Source: Deferribacterales bacterium (lineage in GTDB: Bacteria; Chrysiogenota; Deferribacteres; Deferribacterales; Geovibrionaceae). Taken from it: DNA of 64,000 nucleotides. Location: NCBI GenBank assembly GCA_050251945.1, contig JBFWLW010000008.1:1-64000 (forward strand), written 5' to 3'. The notes under the pieces were generated by a model. It was not told the origin of the DNA. It saw only the letters and a program-made list of their open reading frames with translations, and did not search any database. Made by a program: the position numbers and the translations under genes. This document shows positions 1 through 8,902 of the stretch, piece after piece; the stretch's first letter is position 1, and each line of letters begins with the position of its first letter.

Positions 1-107
1 AAGCAAGAACTAAAGACGAACTATGCAATGCCATCGGAAAAGCTCTCGAAAAAGTGACTTACTCTGATTTATATGGATGGTTTAAGCATGCCGGATATAC
101 GACATAA
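1..107 (+). CDS. C-terminal end of IS630-family transposase (partial, runs off window start)
   Basis: Frame 3 reads ARTKDELCNAIGKALEKVTYSDLYGWFKHAGYTT*, with TAA at 105-107. This matches the typical IS630 DDE transposase C-terminus (ART..EL..AI..AL..VT..D..GWF.HAGY). Confidence 0.8.
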   Translation, partial: ARTKDELCNAIGKALEKVTYSDLYGWFKHAGYTT

Positions 108-125
108 ATTTCGTGAAATGCTCTA
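1..125 (+). mobile_element. Right end of IS630-family insertion sequence
   Basis: The transposase tail is followed by ATTTCGTGAAATGCTC-TA. The TA at 124-125 lies in CTAG and is immediately followed by the GTGCT(T/C)CTCGCGAAGAC repeat flank seen at 4617 and 14526. Confidence 0.7.
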
Positions 126-226
126 GTGCTTCTCGCGAAGACGGAAAGGAAAACCTGTCTCTGCGAGGGCTTTAGCCCGAAGCAGTCTAATTGTTTTATA
201 TAAATCCTTAGTTTGTCGACAACCTG
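126..226. mobile_element. Right part of REP-containing MITE (IS1182-like terminal repeat)
   Basis: REP-like inverted pair at 126-188, then TTTGTCGACAACCTG at 212-226 (cf. TTTGTCAACAACCTG at 4696 and 12749), abutting hairpin AGCGGGGCATCTGCTCCGCT (227-246). Confidence 0.65.
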
Positions 227-261
227 AGCGGGGCATCTGCTCCGCTTCTGTTTTCCGGCTG

Positions 262-1518
262 TCAGTGGAAGCTGAGCTCGTCAACCCACACTTTTGCGTT
301 CGTAATCTCTTTGTTCTTATGTTTAGGGAATATGAAGCCGCTAAGCTTCACCATGTCCGGTGAAAATCTCTTATCCCCTTGATTCATTTTGGATTCCTTC
401 TTCATTCCTTTTGAAAGGGTCAGCTCATCGAGGTTCAGCGTGTATTCTTTCCATTCCGTATTAAGCCAGAACGTTCCCGCCCATCTGTCGAAATATTCGG
501 TATTGCCGTCCTCGTCTTCATCATCCACAAAAAACACTCCGGTCATAGATCTGTCCGCTTTCGCCCAGAAATGAACCTGAGTGAATCCGGAAAGGTCTCT
601 TTTTATCTTATTCAGAATAGCCGACGTATCCGTCATCTCACGGTTATTAACCATAAGAAGGATACTTGACGACGTACCGCCCGCTCCTGTTGTTGTATCC
701 AGAACTGTTCTGCCTTTAAAATTCTTTATATCGCCCAGAATCCAGCCTTTGGTCTCCGATGTTTCAAAATTTCCGTAATCTGCCGCAGTTGAGCGGATAT
801 TTCTCGTATCCTCCACCTTGGAGCAGAGAGTGTTTTCTCTGGCTACGCCCAGAATTTTAGATGTGGCGGTGTCTATTACTCTTATATCAAAAACGCAGTT
901 GAATCCTGATTTCAGCATTTCGCCGCTCAGCATAAGATCGGCTTTCAGAATCTTCCCCAGAAGAGAAGCCTGTTCGGGGTCTGTCATACCGTTAAGTTCC
1001 AACGCGTGTTCCTGAAGTATCGCCGAGAGCTCCTTGCGCTCAAGAACGGTGAATCTGCCGGAGTTGGTCAGCTTTTCGGAAAATTCGCCGAAAGCCAGCT
1101 TCCCCACCATGTTTTTTGAATTATCGGTAACTTTCAAGTCGGAAATTATCAGAGTTTTTTTGGGAATAAAAAGCTCTGCCTGATCCCCCGCTTTAAGTCC
1201 GGCGGAGGGTATTATCATAAGCGTGTCCCCTCTTTTTTCGGTAACGGTGACACTCTTGCCGTTGATTGTAGTTCTGGATCCTTCGGTGAGATATGTCAGA
1301 TTAAGTATCTTTGAAGTGAGAACGGCAATGGAGCTGTCCCTGCCGATATTTTCAGGCATAGGCAAAGTCCGGAGAGTGGCTGTGTCGCCGTCAACACGCA
1401 GAACACTCGCCTTTATGTAAAGAGAGCCGGTCGGCGAATCGGACTTCACCAAAGACATATTCGATCCGGTGCATCCAATAACAGCCGCACACACAGCGAG
1501 CAATATTACCTTTTTCAT
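262..1518 (-). CDS. Lipoprotein with CsgG/FlgO-like domain and C-terminal carbohydrate-binding (CBM11/CIA30-like) domain
   Basis: Lipobox (AAVIGC). CsgG-like motif SGRFTVLERKELSAILQEHALEL..LGKILKAD. C-terminal DLSGFTQVHFWAKAD..EWKEYTL..VWVDELSF is typical of CBM11-like jelly rolls. Start moved to MKKV. Confidence 0.7.
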   Translation of the reverse strand: MKKVILLAVCAAVIGCTGSNMSLVKSDSPTGSLYIKASVLRVDGDTATLRTLPMPENIGRDSSIAVLTSKILNLTYLTEGSRTTINGKSVTVTEKRGDTLMIIPSAGLKAGDQAELFIPKKTLIISDLKVTDNSKNMVGKLAFGEFSEKLTNSGRFTVLERKELSAILQEHALELNGMTDPEQASLLGKILKADLMLSGEMLKSGFNCVFDIRVIDTATSKILGVARENTLCSKVEDTRNIRSTAADYGNFETSETKGWILGDIKNFKGRTVLDTTTGAGGTSSSILLMVNNREMTDTSAILNKIKRDLSGFTQVHFWAKADRSMTGVFFVDDEDEDGNTEYFDRWAGTFWLNTEWKEYTLNLDELTLSKGMKKESKMNQGDKRFSPDMVKLSGFIFPKHKNKEITNAKVWVDELSFH

Positions 1519-1581
1519 ATTTTCCCCCATATAAAATTGTATCAGGAGGTATTAAAAAAGCAAACGGTAATTTCTGTCTTA

Positions 1582-2574
1582 TTAAAGCTGCTTTTTAAGC
1601 CTGTCTTTGTCTGCTATGCGTTGTTTTGCCCTGTTTATAGCTTCGCCTATAACTTTGTCAGGTTCCCCGGTCTGCGCGTCGGCTTTCATATAAAGCTCAA
1701 GAGCTTCTTCATATTTCGCTTCGGTCTCGCGGCAAACCCCTGCATTAAAGAGAAACGAAGGAGATTGGGGATATTTCGCCATGCCGTCTTCCCAGATGGC
1801 GCAGGCTCTGTCCATCCTGTCCGCCTCTGCAAACTTCTGCGCGGATTTCAGCATATCTTTGCCGCCGCCGTCCAGACCGCGTTTGCCCGTTAAAAGGGTA
1901 AGCTTTACGTCTGCAGTATACGGAGCTACCTGTCTGCGGAATTCATACATAGCGGAATTTTCAGCGGATTTTATAAGGTCGGCATCGGAAATCAGCGGCG
2001 AACCGCTGTCCTGACACCTTTTATCCTCAGCCGTGCCTGTTATCTTTTCGGAATAGACCACCTGTGCGGTGGAAACGTCTATGAGTTTCGGGATGAACGT
2101 GACCAGCACCTTCTTTTTCATGCACATAACGTTGTAATCATAATATGAAGTGCATTTGCCTTTGCTGTTCGTTGAGCTGCATTTTGTGCGGGATTCGGTA
2201 TAGTTCGACCTGTCGGAAGTCATGTCCGCAGTTCCGGTGAAAATACCCTGTACGCCTACGAGCTTTCCAAGCCTGACCGCTGTGTTTTCGTCCGTCACTC
2301 CCGAAATCTGAAGTTTCTGCTCCGAAATCACCCTGTTGAGGTTCTGTCTGTCCGCAACGTTAAAGTAACGGACACCTCTGACCTCCGCAGTGACAAGGAC
2401 GTTCTCCGCAGAAGGCGCGAGCTGCGTCCCGTAGCTCCCCGAAAAGGGGATGACAACAACGTTTCTGAGTGAAGATATTCCATCGGCTCCCGACGGCATA
2501 AGAACGGACGTGCTGACTTTCGGCGCGCACCCGAAAAGGGCGGCAACAGCTACGCAGGCAAGGATTTTTCTCAT
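1582..2574 (-). CDS. CsgG/HfaB-like lipoprotein with C-terminal TPR
   Basis: Lipobox ALFGC; FNVADRQNLNRVISEQKLQ..AVRLGKLVGV motif; C-terminal TPR (FNAGVCRE..YEEALELYMKA). Confidence 0.7.
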   Translation of the reverse strand: MRKILACVAVAALFGCAPKVSTSVLMPSGADGISSLRNVVVIPFSGSYGTQLAPSAENVLVTAEVRGVRYFNVADRQNLNRVISEQKLQISGVTDENTAVRLGKLVGVQGIFTGTADMTSDRSNYTESRTKCSSTNSKGKCTSYYDYNVMCMKKKVLVTFIPKLIDVSTAQVVYSEKITGTAEDKRCQDSGSPLISDADLIKSAENSAMYEFRRQVAPYTADVKLTLLTGKRGLDGGGKDMLKSAQKFAEADRMDRACAIWEDGMAKYPQSPSFLFNAGVCRETEAKYEEALELYMKADAQTGEPDKVIGEAINRAKQRIADKDRLKKQL

Positions 2575-2641
2575 ATATCACAACCTCATGGCGTATTTAC
2601 ACATAATACCCCATGAGTGTACAGGTAACAATACCAATGCT

Positions 2642-3196
2642 TCAGTAATTATAAGGTCCCGACTCGTTCCATTTATACATATAGCCGTCGTCAGGTCTTT
2701 CAATCTTCTCTATCCTGTCAGGAATAAAAACAAAATCGTTCCTCACTGTAACAGATACCGGAGAGCCTGACATGGTTCTGGACATTTTATCGTTAAGAAC
2801 GGTCTCATCCTCCTTATCTTTGCCTACCCTTTTCGCTTTTCCGTAGACTTTCACCCATGCGCCGTTCTCGATATCTTTCGGCAGATATTTTACAGGTATA
2901 CGGAATCCGGCGGCGATAGTGTCCGCCGCACAGCAGACCATGGCAACTCTCAGAACCCCGAAATACCCCTCTTTTTCAAGCCCGCTGTCAAGGTATACCC
3001 TGCCTCTGAAAACGTAGTCCATATTGTGCATTTTCGACATTTTGTCATCGTTGAGTATCATGTACAGTTCAGCGAGATTGAGTTTTATGTATTTATTCTC
3101 AAACGCCTGCACCTCTTTCCTCTGTCTGTTGTGGAAGATGGAAAATGCAAGCACGACGATCATTATAACGGTTATTGCAGTGGTGATATATTTCAT
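2642..3196 (-). CDS. TIGR03943/YcgQ (DUF1980) C-terminal-domain protein
   Basis: R.AMVCCAAD and W.KV.G motifs of the YcgQ family; adjacent to a YcgR-like permease. Confidence 0.75.
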   Translation of the reverse strand: MKYITTAITVIMIVVLAFSIFHNRQRKEVQAFENKYIKLNLAELYMILNDDKMSKMHNMDYVFRGRVYLDSGLEKEGYFGVLRVAMVCCAADTIAAGFRIPVKYLPKDIENGAWVKVYGKAKRVGKDKEDETVLNDKMSRTMSGSPVSVTVRNDFVFIPDRIEKIERPDDGYMYKWNESGPYNY

Positions 3197-3203
3197 AGCA
3201 TCC

Positions 3204-3488
3204 TCAGAAAGGGGAAAACAGCATGTCGCCCGCGCCGAGTTCCCGCGCGGGAACGCCTAGCATGAGAGCCAGCAGAAGCCCTATCACTAAAGTATAAAAA
3301 ATCCTCACACGTTGGGGCGGATAAACCGTTCCATGCACCCCGTAGATAAGAAGCATCAGGGCGGAAAGAAATGTCAGCCACATGTATTTCGGATTCATGT
3401 AAAGACTGTATCTGCCGCTGAACATCAGAAACAGCAGAAAACATCCGTAAACGGCAAGCAGTATGCCTTCAAGCCTTCTATACATCAT
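3204..3488 (-). CDS. Small membrane protein resembling the YcgQ (DUF1980) N-terminal domain
   Basis: Three hydrophobic segments; SGRYSLYMNPKY resembles the YcgQ G...LYI.P.Y motif; translationally coupled to the permease. Confidence 0.6.
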   Translation of the reverse strand: MMYRRLEGILLAVYGCFLLFLMFSGRYSLYMNPKYMWLTFLSALMLLIYGVHGTVYPPQRVRIFYTLVIGLLLALMLGVPARELGAGDMLFSPF

Positions 3489-4381
3489 CACACCCCGAAT
3501 CCTGCAATATCAAGAAGCAGACAAGCTATGTACACAACAGCCGCCGCGGTAAGCACCATTTTTGTCATGGTGCGGTTTGACATGACTGCTCTGTACATGA
3601 AGACCAGTTTAAGGTCAAAAATAGGCCCGAAATTCACAAAAGCCAGCATTGATGCGGGAGAAAAACGCACAAATGATGCCGCAACGAACGAATCCGCCTC
3701 TGAACATACCGAGAGCAGAACTGCAAACACCATCATAATCGCAATTGCAGCCGCGCCGTGTCCGCTTATGGAATTCATGATGCTTTCCGGCATCAGCACA
3801 TGGAAAGCTCCCGCAAAAAAAGCGCCTATTATCAGATAAACAAGCGTCTGGACAAAATCGTCCCGCGCATGGTTAATTATGTTTACAAAACCGCCCTTTC
3901 CACTGTGGCAGCCGCACGAACAGCCGTGAGCATGGGTTTCCTCTTTAACGGCATAAAAAGGCTCTTTCACGCGCGAGAACAGAAAACCGATGGCAAATGC
4001 GGCAAGGATGCTTATCAGTATACGCATAAGCGTCATTTCGGCATTGCCCTTAAAACCGGCGTAGGTAGCCACCATCACCACAGGGTTTATGACCGGCGAA
4101 GCCACCATATAAGCCGCTGACATCGGAGCCGGAACTCCTTTTGCGTTCAGTCTGCGGACTATCGGCACTATACCGCATTCGCAGGAAGGGATGAAAAGAG
4201 CGAGGAAAATACCGGAGACTATCTGGCGGAAAACGCCTTTCGGCACCGATTTGACAACTGTTTCTTCCGAAACGTAGATATGTATGAGCGAAGAGACAAG
4301 AGACCCCAGCAGGATAAAAGGGAGAGCCTCCATCACGATAGCAGATGATTTCAGGACAAAAACCTGTAGCAGATTATACAC
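3488..4381 (-). CDS. YcgR/DUF318-family permease
   Basis: EALPFILLG, P.CECG..P and LSVCSEADSFVA motifs; His/Cys-rich loop HAHGCSCGCH. Confidence 0.85.
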   Translation of the reverse strand: MYNLLQVFVLKSSAIVMEALPFILLGSLVSSLIHIYVSEETVVKSVPKGVFRQIVSGIFLALFIPSCECGIVPIVRRLNAKGVPAPMSAAYMVASPVINPVVMVATYAGFKGNAEMTLMRILISILAAFAIGFLFSRVKEPFYAVKEETHAHGCSCGCHSGKGGFVNIINHARDDFVQTLVYLIIGAFFAGAFHVLMPESIMNSISGHGAAAIAIMMVFAVLLSVCSEADSFVAASFVRFSPASMLAFVNFGPIFDLKLVFMYRAVMSNRTMTKMVLTAAAVVYIACLLLDIAGFGV

Positions 4382-4479
4382 GGCAAGCCTTCAATAAAAA
4401 AATTATCCGCCAGTCTGCACCCGCAGACAATGGATGTCAATACCCGGATAAAAAAAGGCGGAGGGCAAACCTCCGCCTG

Positions 4480-4710
4480 CAAACTGATGACAAAGTCAGT
4501 AAAATGCGGGATCGCGTCGTCGATTTATTCGATAAATAGTTTAAAGCGGACTCATTTCAGCAAGCTCGGTACAGAAACATTTGCAAAAATAGGCAAATGT
4601 TTTCAGCCTTCGGCTAGTGCTCCTCGCGAAGACAAAAAACGTCTCTGCGAGGGTTTTAACCCGAAGCAGTCTAATGTAAGTCTGTGTAAATTTAGTTTGT
4701 CAACAACCTG
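4480..4710. mobile_element. 231-bp non-autonomous element (IS1182-like MITE) with 25-bp duplicated hairpin target
   Basis: Imperfect terminal inverted repeats CAAACTGATGACAAA (4480-4494) and TTTGTCAACAACCTG (4696-4710). Exact direct repeat AAGGCGGAGGGCAAACCTCCGCCTG at 4455-4479 and 4711-4735. Confidence 0.8.
4526..4616. repeat. 91-bp TA-bounded dispersed repeat, copy 1
   Basis: 89/91 identical to 14435-14525; sits in the loop of a REP-like arm in both copies. Confidence 0.85.
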
Positions 4711-4744
4711 AAGGCGGAGGGCAAACCTCCGCCTGTATGCATTC

Positions 4745-5950
4745 TTACAGTCCGCGGCGCGCAAAGGCTCTTACGCCTGCCACCCTGCCCTGAAAATCCC
4801 CGGCTTCCATCACCTTGACAACTTCGGCAAGCTCGGTGGGGATATCTATCCCCTGCGGGCATTTTTCGACACATTCGCCGCACTCCACACACTGGGATGC
4901 AAATCCCGTGTTGGGGTGCTCTGCGAAACCTTCGCCTGTCTGTATGGCATAACGGAACATCGCGCCGTTGGGATCGTTGAATATGAACATGTTGTTATAA
5001 TGCTCAAAACAAACGGGTATCTTAACGCCCGCCGGACACGGCAGACAGTATTCGCAGGCGGTGCAGTTCACTTTGATAAGTTTTTTAAACTCCGCCTCCG
5101 CCTTATCCATTATCTCAAGCTCCTGCGCAGTGAGCGACAGCGGCTCCGCCACGGATGCTATTCTTATATTCTCCTCAATGTGAGCTTCCTCGTTCATACC
5201 GGAAAGTATCACGCCCACCTCCGGATAGTTCCACACCCAGCGAAGCGCCCATTCAACTGGGGTGCGTTTCTTATCCGCACTGTCAAAGACTGCTTTAACA
5301 GCTTCCGGCTGTTCCGTACTGCCGAGACTTCCGCCGCGCAGAGGCTCCATTACGACAATCCCCATATTTTTCGATGCTGCGTACTTAAGCCCTGAAAGAC
5401 CCGCCTGAAAATCCCTGTCGAGATAGTTGAACTGTATCTGGCAGAAATCGAAATCGTATGAATCCACTATGGGTTCAAACTCATCCGGCGCGCTGTGAAA
5501 CGAAAAACCCACTCTGCGCACGCGCCCGTCAGCTTTTATCCTGTCCATAAAGCCTGTAACGCCCATTTCAAGCATCTTTTTCCATGTGTCCCAGCCTAGG
5601 CTGTGCATCAGATAATAGTCGATGTGGTCAGTTTCAAGGCGTTCAAGCTGCGCCGTCAGATATTTTTCCATATCATCGGGTGTTTTCACCAGCCAGCAGG
5701 GCAGTTTTGTGGCGAGAGATACCTTCTCTCTGTAACCGTCTTTGAGCGCTCTGCCCACAAAAGGTTCGCTGGCGCCGAAGTGATACGGCCATGCGGTATC
5801 GACGTAATTCACACCTTTGTCTATAGCTCCGCGAAGCTGTGCTTTCGCACGCTCTTCGTCTATCTGTCCGTCTTTCATGGGAAGACGCATACACCCGAAC
5901 CCGAGAATTGAGAGTTCGTCCCCCGTTTTAGGCATTTTTCTGTAAAGCAT
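4745..5950 (-). CDS. Aldo/keto reductase with C-terminal 4Fe-4S dicluster domain
   Basis: LGFGCMRLP, GVNYVDTAWPY, VVMEPLRGG; CTACEYCLPCP and CVECGECVEKCP. Start MLYRK has SD GGAGGT. Confidence 0.9.
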   Translation of the reverse strand: MLYRKMPKTGDELSILGFGCMRLPMKDGQIDEERAKAQLRGAIDKGVNYVDTAWPYHFGASEPFVGRALKDGYREKVSLATKLPCWLVKTPDDMEKYLTAQLERLETDHIDYYLMHSLGWDTWKKMLEMGVTGFMDRIKADGRVRRVGFSFHSAPDEFEPIVDSYDFDFCQIQFNYLDRDFQAGLSGLKYAASKNMGIVVMEPLRGGSLGSTEQPEAVKAVFDSADKKRTPVEWALRWVWNYPEVGVILSGMNEEAHIEENIRIASVAEPLSLTAQELEIMDKAEAEFKKLIKVNCTACEYCLPCPAGVKIPVCFEHYNNMFIFNDPNGAMFRYAIQTGEGFAEHPNTGFASQCVECGECVEKCPQGIDIPTELAEVVKVMEAGDFQGRVAGVRAFARRGL

Positions 5951-6099
5951 CCGGCAACCTCCGTAATAAAAATCCTCTGGTGTCAGAATATACTTTATAT
6001 TATCATCTTCAATACTCATTTCTGCCTTTTTCTTGCCTGTTTCTGCAAAAGACTGGAATATTAAATCAGATTGCATTATTGATATCTTCGGAGGAAACG

Positions 6100-6975
6100 A
6101 TGCGAAACATCATGGCAGAACTTCTGAAACAATACGCGCGGAAACCGGGCGTTACCTTTTCACCCATAGACGGAGTGCGGCTCATACGAAGTGACGTTTC
6201 CGTGCGCAAGACACCGCTGGTTTACGAGCCGAATATTTTTATTCTGGCGCAGGGCAGCAAACGTGTATATATGGGTGAAGAGATTTTGCATTACGATCCG
6301 AACCATTTTCTTGTGATGTCTGTTCCGCTTCCTCTGGAGTGCGAAACGTTCGCATCACCTGAAGAACCGCTTCTGGGGATATCCATAAAGGTTGATCCGG
6401 CAACCGTCGGCGAACTGCTTCTGGACATGGATTCCGAAATATACTATCAGCAGAACTTCGCGGGAGCCTTTTCATCCGAACTGACAGAAGAGATGACAGA
6501 TGCCGCCGTAAGGCTTCTCAGATGCATAAACCACGAAAAAGACTGCCGTATTCTGGGACCTCAGATAGTGAGGGAGATACTTTACCGTATCCTCTGCACA
6601 AAACAGGGGGCGGCTCTGCGCGCACTTGCAGTCCGCCACAGCAACTTCAGCCAGATAGCGAGGGTTCTGCGCAGGATGCAGTCGGAGTTTGACAACGATT
6701 TCACTATGGAAGCTCTGGCAAGCGAAGCAAATATGAGTCTGTCGGCATTCCATCATAATTTTAAGGCAGTAACATCAACCTCGCCCCTGCAATATCTGAA
6801 AAGCATCCGTCTGCACAAGGCGCGCCTGATGATGATACAGGACGGGATGAATGCCAGCGACGCATCCGGCAGGGTCGGTTATGCCAGCCCGTCGCAGTTC
6901 AGCAGGGACTTCAAAAAACTCTTCGGCAGAACGCCTGCCAGCGAATCAAGAGAGATACGAACCGGAATAAACTGA
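6100..6975 (+). CDS. AraC-family transcriptional regulator (YqhC-like, AraC_N domain)
   Basis: YEP.I..LAQGSK, ANMSLSAFHHNFKAVTSTSPLQYLK and VGYASPSQFSRDFKKLFG; SD GGAGG before ATG 6100. Confidence 0.9.
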   Translation: MRNIMAELLKQYARKPGVTFSPIDGVRLIRSDVSVRKTPLVYEPNIFILAQGSKRVYMGEEILHYDPNHFLVMSVPLPLECETFASPEEPLLGISIKVDPATVGELLLDMDSEIYYQQNFAGAFSSELTEEMTDAAVRLLRCINHEKDCRILGPQIVREILYRILCTKQGAALRALAVRHSNFSQIARVLRRMQSEFDNDFTMEALASEANMSLSAFHHNFKAVTSTSPLQYLKSIRLHKARLMMIQDGMNASDASGRVGYASPSQFSRDFKKLFGRTPASESREIRTGIN

Positions 6976-6979
6976 TCTA

Positions 6980-8182
6980 TTGGTGGTAAAAGTGATAAAA
7001 AAAGCATTTTCCGCATCCATCGTGATGCTTCTCGCCGCGTCATGCGGTCTCATAGTGGCAAACCTCTACTATGCACAGCCACTCGTGGCGCTTATATCAA
7101 AAGACCTGAACATGGCTCCTGCCGCCGCGGGACTGCTTGTCACGATGTCTCAGGCGGGGTACGGACTGGGACTTCTGTTCGTTGTCCCGACAGGGGATAT
7201 GTTTGAGAACAGACGGCTTATAATAACAATAACCGCACTTGGGATAGTCTCCCTTCTGGGCGCGGCGTTCTCGCAGAATTCCGCACAGTTCATAGCCGCA
7301 TCGTTTCTTATAGGCATAGGCTCCGTCGCCGTACAGATAATCGTTCCCTACGCCGCAAGCATAGCTCCGCAGGAGATTCAGGGGCGCGTTGTGGGCTATG
7401 TCATGAGCGGGCTTCTGCTCGGTGTCATGCTCGCCAGACCATTCGCCAGCATAGTCACAGAGCTTTCCTCATGGCATTACATTTTCATTATCTCGGCGGC
7501 TGTTCTGACACTGCTGATGGCTGTTCTTTATAAGATGATGCCTGAACGCAGACCGCAGGCGACCATGAGTTACGGCGCTCTGCTTGCATCAATGGCAAAA
7601 ATGTTTGTGACAATGCCTGTTCTCCGGCGGAGAGCCGTATATCAGGCGTCTCTCTTCTGTGGGTTCAGCCTCTTCTGGACTGTTACACCCATGTATTTTA
7701 TGAGCGAAACCTACGGCATGACTCAGGGGCATATAGCGATATTCGGACTGGTTGGCGCGGCAGGCGTAATAGCGGCGCCCATAGCCGGCAGGATAGCCGA
7801 CAAAGGCGTAACACAGTTTAAATCAGCCATGGCGATACTCACCGCCGGATTCGGTCTGCTGCTTCCTCACTTTGCAGGCGGACAGGGGATGGCGGAGGTT
7901 CTGCTTCTCGCGGCATGTGCCGTTGTCCTTGATTTCGGAGCTATCGCAAGTCAGGTCATGGGTCAGAGGGTCATATTTTCTCTGGGTGCGCAGTACAGAA
8001 GCCGTGTCAACGGTGTTTACATGGGGGCATTCTTCGCAGGAGGCGCAATAGGTTCGGCGCTGGGCGGCTACGTCTATGCTTCATACGGATTCTACGCCGC
8101 GATGTGGACAGGGTTCGCACTGCCCGTTCTGGCATTTCTTTATCTGCTCACGGAACCGAAAGGGCTGTATACTAAGAAATAA
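6980..8182 (+). CDS. MFS transporter
   Basis: VANLYYAQPL, GDMFENRRL, about 12 hydrophobic segments. The true start may be GTG at 6992. Confidence 0.9.
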   Translation: MVVKVIKKAFSASIVMLLAASCGLIVANLYYAQPLVALISKDLNMAPAAAGLLVTMSQAGYGLGLLFVVPTGDMFENRRLIITITALGIVSLLGAAFSQNSAQFIAASFLIGIGSVAVQIIVPYAASIAPQEIQGRVVGYVMSGLLLGVMLARPFASIVTELSSWHYIFIISAAVLTLLMAVLYKMMPERRPQATMSYGALLASMAKMFVTMPVLRRRAVYQASLFCGFSLFWTVTPMYFMSETYGMTQGHIAIFGLVGAAGVIAAPIAGRIADKGVTQFKSAMAILTAGFGLLLPHFAGGQGMAEVLLLAACAVVLDFGAIASQVMGQRVIFSLGAQYRSRVNGVYMGAFFAGGAIGSALGGYVYASYGFYAAMWTGFALPVLAFLYLLTEPKGLYTKK

Positions 8183-8210
8183 ACTGTTTCACTTTCGCAT
8201 AAAACAGGAA

Positions 8211-8231
8211 AGCCCCGCAGAAAGCGGGGCT
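8211..8231. terminator. Hairpin between convergent genes (probable terminator)
   Basis: AGCCCCGC-AGAAA-GCGGGGCT. Confidence 0.6.
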
Positions 8232-8242
8232 GTTCAGTTAAG

Positions 8243-8887
8243 TTATCCTCTGAAAAGAATCTCCGCGTCGGGATACTTCTCCATCACTTCCTTGCACATA
8301 GCCTCTCCGTCCCCTTTTCCTCTGGAACGTATAACTACCTTTCTCATACCGTCGGTGGCAACGTGTCCGCTGAGTATGCTCTCGATACCGAACCCGTGCG
8401 CCCTGACTATATTTGCCGCCTCTTTGATACTTCCGGAGCGGTCTTCAAGAACGAATGTTATCCTGTATCCCCTCTTGTTTCCGCCTGTTATGTCCACCAT
8501 AGCCTTAAAGATGTCTTTGTCGGATATGATGCCCACAAGCACCCCGTCCTGAACAACGGGCAAACACCCGATGCCTTTGTCAAGCATCTCCATAGCCGCC
8601 TCCTCAATGGGAAGCTGAGGAGGACAGACAATGACCTCGTGCTTCAGCAGTTCCGATATCTTAGTGTTCTCAAGAAGGTAATTCAGCTCGAAAACATCGA
8701 GGCTGGTACCTTTGGACGGCAGATACTCTTTCAGCATCCTGTCGGAAACAAGACCTATCACCTTGCCGTGATCCATAACGGGTACATGTTTTATGTCCAT
8801 GGCATGCATCAGCCTTACCGCCGCCACGACACCATCTTTTATATCAACTGTGTGAACCGTGTGAGTCATCCAGTCTTTAACGTACAT
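8243..8887 (-). CDS. CBS-pair + ACT domain protein (AcuB-like)
   Basis: MYVKDWMT, IKHVPV, GIGCLPVV CBS motifs and C-terminal ACT (LEDRSGSI); commonly linked to liv operons. Confidence 0.85.
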   Translation of the reverse strand: MYVKDWMTHTVHTVDIKDGVVAAVRLMHAMDIKHVPVMDHGKVIGLVSDRMLKEYLPSKGTSLDVFELNYLLENTKISELLKHEVIVCPPQLPIEEAAMEMLDKGIGCLPVVQDGVLVGIISDKDIFKAMVDITGGNKRGYRITFVLEDRSGSIKEAANIVRAHGFGIESILSGHVATDGMRKVVIRSRGKGDGEAMCKEVMEKYPDAEILFRG

Positions 8888-8902
8888 ATTCCACCTCCGC
8901 TC

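Noticed and set aside
3193..3206. Selenocysteine readthrough of TGA joining the two YcgQ-like ORFs
   Set aside because: The ORFs are in different frames and the downstream one has its own SD and ATG.
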